A program made the translations under genes and the position numbers. Shown here piece by piece: positions 7,476-12,952 of a DNA stretch of 32,000 bases. The notes under the pieces are model-generated. The model ran no database searches and was not told where the DNA came from. It worked only from the letters and a program-made list of their open reading frames with translations. This DNA is from Geotalea uraniireducens Rf4 (GTDB lineage: Bacteria > Desulfobacterota > Desulfuromonadia > Geobacterales > Geobacteraceae). Each line of letters begins with the position of its first letter. Positions within the stretch are counted from its first letter, which is position 1. Location: NCBI RefSeq assembly GCF_000016745.1, contig NC_009483.1:3150001-3182000 (forward strand). Reading direction: 5' to 3'.

Positions 7476-7767
7476 GCGCCCCGCCCGGCTGACCGGAGGC
7501 GTAAAGCCGCACCCCGGCCTCACCGATCCAGACGAGGAGGCACCCCACCCGGCTGGCCAGCACCACCGCATTGTGGGAGACCCGCGTCCCCGGCTCCAGC
7601 ATGAGGCAGGCAACGCCGCCGACGGGGACATGGGTGCGGACCCCGGTCTTGTCCACCACAACGAATGCGCCGTCGAGCACATCAAGGTTCCCCTTCTCAA
7701 CGAAGAGGACCGAGAGGCGGTCTTTGATGGGGATCGGTTTCAATGGGGGAAGAATGGGTTCGGTCAT
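7476..7767 (-). pseudogene. cas1: Type I-E cas1, N-terminal ~98 codons only
   Basis: MTEPILPPLKPIPIKDRLSVLFVEKGNLDVLDGAFVVVDKTGVRTHVPVGGVACLMLEPGTRVSHNAVVLASRVGCLLVWIGEAGVRLYASGQPGGAR is co-linear with E. coli Cas1 (YgbT) residues 1 to about 95, as recalled. Similarity stops at GGAR and the ORF then reads through the repeat. Confidence 0.85.
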
Positions 7768-7798
7768 GGGGCGCTCCTTAAAATCGGAAAATATAAAC

Positions 7799-8013
7799 GT
7801 AGGGGCGGGGTCTCCCCGCCCGGATTCTGATTCTCCGGGGTCTCCCCGCCCGGATTCTGATTCTCCGGCAAAAGCGGGCGGGGAAACCCCGCCCCTACGT
7901 CATCATTGGCAAACAGGGGGCGGGGTGATGACCCCGCTCGTAGGGGCAATCTCCGTGTGGTTGCCCCGATTCTGGTGTTATAACGGCGGGCACCCACACG
8001 GGGGTGCCCCTAC
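7799..8013. repeat. Cluster of GTAG-type REP hairpins (BIME-like) downstream of the RAYT gene
   Basis: Multiple units were read directly, including:
- GTAGGGGCGGGGTCTCCCCGCCC.
- A 2x tandem GGATTCTGATTCTCCGGGGTCTCCCCGCCC.
- GGGCGGGGAAACCCCGCCCCTAC.
- GGGCACCC-ACAC-GGGGTGCCCCTAC.
Segment 7799-7925 is a paralogue of 8219-8360. Confidence 0.8.
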
Positions 8014-8708
8014 GTTGGATATTCATCGTCTTCTGTCCATTTCGATGGATTGAAATGGATGTATTCCCGGATGCCGGCCAATTCCGCTTCGTCGCGGATG
8101 ACGCGCTCGAAATAATTGCGTTGCCAGACCGGCACGCCCGGATTGTCGCGCATGAAGTTGATCTGCTTCGTCGTCTGGTATTTGAAAAAACCAACAATCT
8201 GCCCAAGCGTCGGTTTCCGTAGGGGCGGGGTCCTCCCGCCCTGATTCTCCGGGGTCCTCCCGCCCAGGTTCTCCGGGGTCCTCCCGCCCAGGTTCTCCGT
8301 GGTCTCCCCGCCCAGGTTCTGATTTTCCGGCGAAAGCGGGCGGGGAAACCCCGCCCCTACGTCATCATTGGCAAACACAGGGCGGGATGACCCCGCCCCA
8401 ACATCGTCATTGGCAAAAACAGGGCGGGGGAACCCCGCCCCTACGATGCAAATGATGCCTTGGAAATGGTTGGGCATGACGAAGTATTCATCCAATGCCA
8501 CATTCGGAAATTTCCCCGGCAATTTTACCCACCATTCCGCCACCATCCGCCCCGCATCGTTCAGGCGCATTTCACCATCCAGAATATCGCCGAACAAACA
8601 TTCCCGCCCCTGCGCGCATATCGTGACGAAATACGCGCCGTTCGAGGAATAATCGTATTCCCGCAGACGGATGGAACGACGGTGGTGAATGTCAGGGTTA
8701 TAGGTCAT
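8010..8708 (-). CDS. RAYT-like / IS200-type Y1 (HUH) transposase with an in-frame REP-derived insert
   Basis: The N-terminus YNPDIHHRRSIRLREYDYSSNGAYFVTICAQGRECLFG and C-terminus WQRNYFERVIRDEAELAGIREYIHFNP are typical of COG1943/Y1_Tnp proteins. The HUH position reads MPNHFQG. The centre (8219-8444) consists of REP-like repeats translated as VGAGFPRPVFANDD and ENLGGRTP units. Confidence 0.8.
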   Translation of the reverse strand: MTYNPDIHHRRSIRLREYDYSSNGAYFVTICAQGRECLFGDILDGEMRLNDAGRMVAEWWVKLPGKFPNVALDEYFVMPNHFQGIICIVGAGFPRPVFANDDVGAGSSRPVFANDDVGAGFPRPLSPENQNLGGETTENLGGRTPENLGGRTPENQGGRTPPLRKPTLGQIVGFFKYQTTKQINFMRDNPGVPVWQRNYFERVIRDEAELAGIREYIHFNPSKWTEDDEYPT

Positions 8709-8718
8709 AAAATCACCG

Positions 8719-8746
8719 TAGGGGCGGCCCCATGTGGCCGCCCTCG
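8719..8746 (+). repeat. GTAG-REP hairpin immediately upstream of the RAYT start, in inverted orientation relative to the downstream REP
   Basis: GTAGGGGCGGCC-CCATGT-GGCCGCCC read directly. It abuts the last, degenerate CRISPR repeat. Confidence 0.6.
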
Positions 8747-8984
8747 TTTCGCGTAGCAGGCGGGCGCTTCAATACGGGAAGATCGCCGAGGCCATGCGCA
8801 CCATGTTTCAATCCTCGCCCGCCATTGAAGGCGGGCGCTTCTCGTCCAGTTTACGTTCGTAGTCATGGTAGCCGAGGTTTCAATCCTCACCCGCCATTGA
8901 AGGCGGGCGCTTCCAGTAACCTGTTGCGCATCATGCTGTCTCCTTTCGTTTCAATCCTCACCCGCCATTGAAGGCGGGCGCTTC
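8746..8984 (-). CRISPR. Mini CRISPR array: 3 full repeats plus 1 degenerate terminal repeat, 3 spacers (type I-C/I-B-like repeat ending ATTGAAAC)
   Basis: 37-nt repeats lie at 8948-8984, 8877-8913 and 8805-8841. The minus strand reads GAAGCGCCCGCCTTCAATGGCGGG(T/C)GAGGATTGAAAC. Spacers are 34, 35 and 34 nt. The degenerate copy is at 8746-8770. A leader of about 170 nt (8985-9158) adjoins cas2. Confidence 0.85.
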
Positions 8985-9158
8985 TGTCCCCATTTATTGG
9001 CGACAGATTACAGCAACTTACATCCCCGATTCTGCGAACCAGGGAATTTGGGGCCTGAGCAAGGCCAGAGGCTCATCACTCTCCTGAAAAATAGTTTAAA
9101 ATCAACGAAATATCTATCCGCGAACCGCCCATGTTTTTGCCAGTGCATCAGGTTCGCG

Positions 9159-9449
9159 TCAGACAATCAACGGCTCCTCGAAAAATATCGTGCGACTCAA
9201 ACCGTAGGTCTCCACATGATCATCCCTAGGTTCAGTAAGGCGGTAAAGCCGCAGATTATCCTCTTCTTTGACGATTTCTCTCAGAAGTTTCCGGCGCAGT
9301 TCCTCAAACTTCATCTCATTCACCTGGCACTCGAACACCGACTTCTGCACCCGTTGGCCGTAGTTCTTGCATACCTGTGCCACCCTGCGCAAACGTTTCC
9401 GCCCTTTTGGTGTTTCAGTGTTCACGTCATAACAGACGACTATCCACAT
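9159..9449 (-). CDS. cas2: CRISPR-associated endoribonuclease Cas2
   Basis: [43 protein letters not shown]...LRLY is the canonical Cas2 ferredoxin-fold signature. It lies next to the leader and array. Confidence 0.9.
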   Translation of the reverse strand: MWIVVCYDVNTETPKGRKRLRRVAQVCKNYGQRVQKSVFECQVNEMKFEELRRKLLREIVKEEDNLRLYRLTEPRDDHVETYGLSRTIFFEEPLIV

Positions 9450-9472
9450 GGTTACCCCCGATCAATCTGAAG

Positions 9473-9584
9473 AAATCCCCCTGAATCCCCCTTTCTCAAA
9501 GGGGGACTTTTTCTGTGCCCACCATTCCCAAAGGGGGACATTTTTATTCCCCCCTTTACGAAAGGGGGGTCAGGGGGGATTTCT
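9473..9584. repeat. Left copy of the ~110-bp direct repeat flanking the DUF559 gene (G/C hairpin element)
   Basis: Contains AAATCCCCCTGAATCCCCCTTTCTCAAAGGGGGAC...CCCCCCTTTACGAAAGGGGGGTCAGGGGGGATTT. By eye it is about 90% identical to 9957-10082, apart from one ~15-nt indel. Confidence 0.8.
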
Positions 9585-9941
9585 GAGCCCTTCTTGAATT
9601 GCATCAATAATCCGCTGTATCACAGCATCCGTATCACGCAATATCTGATAATTGTCGAACCTCAGAACTCTTAACTCTTCTCCGACGAGAAACCTGTCCC
9701 GCTCCTCGTCTCTCCTTGCATTTTCCGGTTCCCGATGTTGACTGCCATCAGCTTCAACCACCAATCCAGCACCGGGAGCAAAGAAGTCCACGATATAGGG
9801 TCCAATCGGCTTTTGACGATAAAACTGCACACCAAGCAACTGTTTTCCTCGTAGATGTGACCATAATCGTTGCTCAGCCTCAGTCATATTTTTTCGAAGT
9901 TCACGGGAGGCATCCTTCAGTACTCGACCATATTCTCGCAT
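9570..9941 (-). CDS. DUF559 endonuclease-domain protein (Vsr-like fold)
   Basis: LRKNMTEAEQRLWSHLRGKQLLGVQFYRQKPIGPYIVDFFAPGAGLVVEADGSQH...RDRFL...G..VLRF is a DUF559 signature. The ATG at 9941 is preferred. The longer ORF to 10013 starts inside the flanking repeat (PPLRKGDLGGF). The stop lies inside the left repeat. Confidence 0.85.
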   Translation of the reverse strand: MREYGRVLKDASRELRKNMTEAEQRLWSHLRGKQLLGVQFYRQKPIGPYIVDFFAPGAGLVVEADGSQHREPENARRDEERDRFLVGEELRVLRFDNYQILRDTDAVIQRIIDAIQEGLRNPP

Positions 9942-9956
9942 GAACGGACCTCTTTC

Positions 9957-10082
9957 AAATCCCCCTAAATCCCCCTTTCTCAAAGGGGGACTTATTCTGT
10001 TCCCACCACTCAAAGGGGAACTTTTTATGTTTCAGGGATTATTTTTATCCCCCCTTTACGAAAGGGGGGTCAGGGGGGATTT
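9957..10082. repeat. Right copy of the direct repeat flanking the DUF559 gene; contains the cas4 stop codon
   Basis: AAATCCCCCTAAATCCCCCTTTCTCAAAGGGGGAC...CCCCCCTTTACGAAAGGGGGGTCAGGGGGGATTT. The cas4 stop is at 10070-10072. Confidence 0.8.
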
Positions 10083-10696
10083 AACACAAACAAGTCACGG
10101 GCTGCCTTCCGGCTCCTCCCCTTCTCCCCCACAACATGCGGCAGGCAAGACTCTTTCAGAGAACAATCCTTGCAACGCTTGTCGTTCACCGGCGGCGGAA
10201 GATGACAATTCGCGATCATCTCATGAGTGGCGGCGACGACCTCCTCCAGATGCGCCCGCATGGCATCGGTAAATACAATCTCTTTCCGCTCCCGCGAACC
10301 ATGCCAGTAGAGTGCCCCTTTCTCCACATTTATGTTGAGCATCTCTTCCAGGCAGACCGCCTGGGCCAGGAGCTGCAACGCCTCATGATGTCCGGCGCGA
10401 TGACGGCCCGACTTGTACTCCACCGGATAGGGAACGTCACCGTGGAACTCCACCAGATCGGCCTTGCCGACCAGCTTCAACCGGCAGCACCAGATGGGCA
10501 AGGCACGTTCATAGCGCACTCCAGCAATCTCGTGGGAGGATTCCGCGTCAACATTCTCATGTACGTCGCGGCCGCGCATGGTGTAGAGGTTCTCGTGAAA
10601 GGTCTGCTCCACATGGATCAGGGCGCACTGGCGCGGGCAGTAGCTGTAATGCTCCAGGGCGGAGATCATGATGGGGTCGGAGGGTTCAGGTATCAT
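10070..10696 (-). CDS. cas4: CRISPR-associated exonuclease Cas4 (RecB-like nuclease with 4-Cys cluster)
   Basis: N-terminal YCPRQC with C-terminal CKDCSLKESC gives the 4-Cys Fe-S motif. RecB-type motif GKADLVEF...YPVEYKSG. About 208 aa, which is full-length size. The last codons (LNPP-stop) derive from the flanking repeat. Confidence 0.88.
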   Translation of the reverse strand: MIPEPSDPIMISALEHYSYCPRQCALIHVEQTFHENLYTMRGRDVHENVDAESSHEIAGVRYERALPIWCCRLKLVGKADLVEFHGDVPYPVEYKSGRHRAGHHEALQLLAQAVCLEEMLNINVEKGALYWHGSRERKEIVFTDAMRAHLEEVVAATHEMIANCHLPPPVNDKRCKDCSLKESCLPHVVGEKGRSRKAARDLFVLNPP

Positions 10697-10789
10697 CGAA
10701 ACAAAACTCCTTTGGGTTGAACTATTGCAAATTTTGCAACAGCTGAGTGCGGTTCAAATCCCTTCCTGCAACTACCAAATTGCGCAGAC

Positions 10790-11140
10790 GGTATCTGCGT
10801 AATTGGCCAAGTCAGGTAAAACAAACGCATCTGTTCGACATTGCGTTTGGAAAACCCGCGTCCAAACCGGCTGGTCAAGTCATGGGCCAGCCGTTCAATA
10901 TCTTTTCTCCATATGCTGCACGTTCGCGGCCACCCTGTTCGCTCTCGACTATCCGGCGTCCAATTTCCCAATAAGTGGCAGTCATGATGGAGTTCACCGC
11001 CCGCGAGGAGGCCCGGCGGGCCTCCTCCAAAAGGCTTACGACACCTGAGAGCATGGCTTCGTAGTCGGTTACGGGCGGGTGATGTGCGGATTTCTTTTTC
11101 TGCTGGTCATGAGAAGCTCCGGTGGCTAATTTCTTTAGTA
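10790..11140 (-). pseudogene. DUF1016 (YhcG-type PD-(D/E)xK nuclease) N-terminal fragment, frameshifted and truncated
   Basis: My own translation gives two pieces. One frame reads DYEAMLSGVVSLLEEARRASSRAVNSIMTATYWEIGRRIVESEQGGRERAAYGEKI. The next frame continues ERLAHDLTSRFGRGFSKRNVEQMRLFYLTWP. Together they match the DUF1016 N-terminal domain pattern. No nuclease half is present. Confidence 0.6.
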
Positions 11141-11204
11141 ACCGTCAATAATCTCCGGCCTGAGCCCACGCACTTCTTGCCGCACCCTGGATTTTGGTTG
11201 CTCG

Positions 11205-11724
11205 TAGGGGCGACACTGCCGTTGAAAGCCAATCACTGTCCGTCAGCGAACTAAACAAAGATTTCCCGCTGAAATCCATTATTAAAGGATACAGGTTCCT
11301 GTGAATTGATATCTGACTCAACAAAACCGACATCATCAATAAATTTTTGCACGACATCCTTGAAATCAGGAACGTCATCGTGAATGTAAGGGTTTGTGTC
11401 GCTCTTCCATGCTGCTTTGTCTGGCATTCCCTTATGGTGGCCGTCAATTGCAATTGATGCTTCATGTATTTTGAATTTACTCGCATATCCGGCTCCCCAC
11501 GAAGCATGAGGCACACTGCCACGACGTCCGCCGTTTTCAAGATAGTTCTGAAATGCCTGTTGGTACTTGCCGAGGTCATGCAATAGACCCGTCATTTTGA
11601 AAATGGGTTTGTATTCCCGACGACAGGCAAATGATTCCACAAGATTAGCGGTTTCATGCAGATGCTTTGCTAGAAGGTGCTTATCTTTGTTATCGTTTTC
11701 CGAATGGGCATAATAATCCGTCAT
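11205..11724 (-). pseudogene. cas3: cas3 remnant: HD nuclease domain only, frameshifted, helicase part deleted
   Basis: YAHS...KHLLAKHLHETANLV...GLLHDLGKYQQAFQNYL...IAIDGHHKG are HD-domain motifs. The next HD motif, SLFSSLTDSDWLST (11220-11261), is in a different frame. Similarity ends at a GTAGGGGCG REP fragment (11204-11220). No Walker A or DEAH motif follows. Confidence 0.75.
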
Positions 11725-12134
11725 AATTCAGCCTCTTCATGCCACAACCCCGCAAACCGTCCATCCTCCGCCACATGCGCTATCGTTGCTTTAAAATCCA
11801 TAGCCGTCCTTCTCCGCCTTCCCCAAATATCGGAAATAACTCTCCATCACCTCTCCCGTAGCCCGTTCTCCCACTCCAAAACAGAATATTCTTTGCAGTA
11901 AAAAATCAGACGATTGCAAAAAAGCGCCGCCACTTTATAGCGTCAAAACCAAACTTATTTCAAGAAGTTAATTGAAAACCGTTATAAAACAATCGACAAC
12001 CTAACGCGGCATAGGTAACCTTTTACAAGACTTCCCGCCTCTAAAATCCCCACGCTGGCAGCCTACCACACTACTATGACATAATACGTCGCAAATACCG
12101 CAATCCATATTTTATCAATCATCCGGGCACAAAC

Positions 12135-12182
12135 GTAGGGGCGCGGCAAGCTAAAACCGGGCGCGGCAAGCAGCGCCCCTAC
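12135..12182. repeat. GTAG-REP variant: GTAGGGGCGC...GCGCCCCTAC with an internal GCGCGGCAAG duplication
   Basis: Read directly: gtaggggcgcggcaagctaaaaccgggcgcggcaagcagcgcccctac. Confidence 0.6.
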
Positions 12183-12314
12183 GGTTCGTTTGCCGGGTTT
12201 TCCTTGTCCATCGTCCATCTCAGCGGTTTAGGATTTAGATAGTTGAAGTGACAAGCTGTTTCCGATATGCTAGATTGTGTTCGCAATTATGTTGAACAAA
12301 AAGGGACAATGCGT

Positions 12315-12533
12315 ATGCATACCAAAAAAGAAGTGTTGGCCGAAGCCCTGAATCTCCCGCCGATAGAGCGAGCCGAGCTGATCGAGGAGCTCCTCACCAG
12401 TTTCGAGTTCCCCGACCGCCGACGCCTCGACCGGCTCTGGGCTGAAGAAGCGGATGATCGCATAAAGGCATTTAAACAGGGTGAATTTGAAACGATCCCG
12501 ATGGAAAAAGTCTTCGCCAAAATCAATCGGTGA
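12315..12533 (+). CDS. Addiction-module antitoxin (putative addiction module component family)
   Basis: KKEVLAEALNLPPIERAELIEELLTS...LWAEEADDRIKAFKQGE is typical of this small antitoxin family. Its stop overlaps the toxin start region. Confidence 0.7.
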   Translation: MHTKKEVLAEALNLPPIERAELIEELLTSFEFPDRRRLDRLWAEEADDRIKAFKQGEFETIPMEKVFAKINR

Positions 12534-12541
12534 ACAAGTCA

Positions 12542-12847
12542 ATGAAAATCAGGTTTTTCCCATCGGCTGAAGCTGAGCTTCAAGACGCCGTCAACTACTT
12601 CAACAGCCAATGCGAAGGCCTCGGATTCGAGTTCGCTGCGGAGATACAGCGAACGATCGAACGCATAATCAGCAATCCAGAAGCATGGACGAAGCTCTCC
12701 GTTTATTGCCACCGGTGCCGCACCAAACGTTTTCCCCATGCCGTGATTTACTACATCGAAAACAACCTGCTCTTCGTTGTCTCCATCATGCACATGAAAC
12801 GCGAGCCAAACTCCTGGCGGACGTACTTGCCGCCTCACAAGCAATAA
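12542..12847 (+). CDS. RelE/ParE-family (plasmid stabilisation type) toxin
   Basis: MKIRFFPSAEAELQDAVNYF......FAAEI...IERI..NPEAW.......RCRTKRFPHAVIYYIENN.LFVVSIMHMKREP. A GTG at 12530 is an alternative start. Confidence 0.8.
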   Translation: MKIRFFPSAEAELQDAVNYFNSQCEGLGFEFAAEIQRTIERIISNPEAWTKLSVYCHRCRTKRFPHAVIYYIENNLLFVVSIMHMKREPNSWRTYLPPHKQ

Positions 12848-12952
12848 GCTTCTTCACAATAAGTCCCGTTTTCGCCGTCAACATCCAGACCTAAACTCGG
12901 CAGTTGGCCGTTGCTGGATAATTGAGGTTGAAGGTATCGAAGGGGGAAGGAT

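Noticed and set aside
7571-8206. ORFs crossing the REP cluster (7571-8053 plus, 7764-7997 minus, 7895-8206 minus).
   Set aside because: Their sequences are translations of GTAG-REP hairpins (VGAGFPRP, PENQNPGGETP) or antisense to the RAYT 3' end. No start context or family signal. 7764-7997 is a paralogous copy of the RAYT internal repeat segment, not a gene.
8997-9470. A 157-aa plus-strand ORF covering the CRISPR leader and lying antisense to cas2. The 10136-10720 plus-strand ORF antisense to cas4 is a similar case.
   Set aside because: They overlap strongly supported cas genes on the opposite strand and have no motifs. The leader portion is expected to be non-coding.
11721-11801. A 26-codon ORF (MDFKATIAHVAEDGRFAGLWHEEAEL) overlapping the cas3 start by ATGA. 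IAHV..DG is reminiscent of the extreme N-terminus of some Cas3 proteins, so it could be a remnant of a duplicated cas3 5' end.
   Set aside because: It is too short for any confident similarity call by eye and could be chance. Recorded only as something an alignment could resolve.
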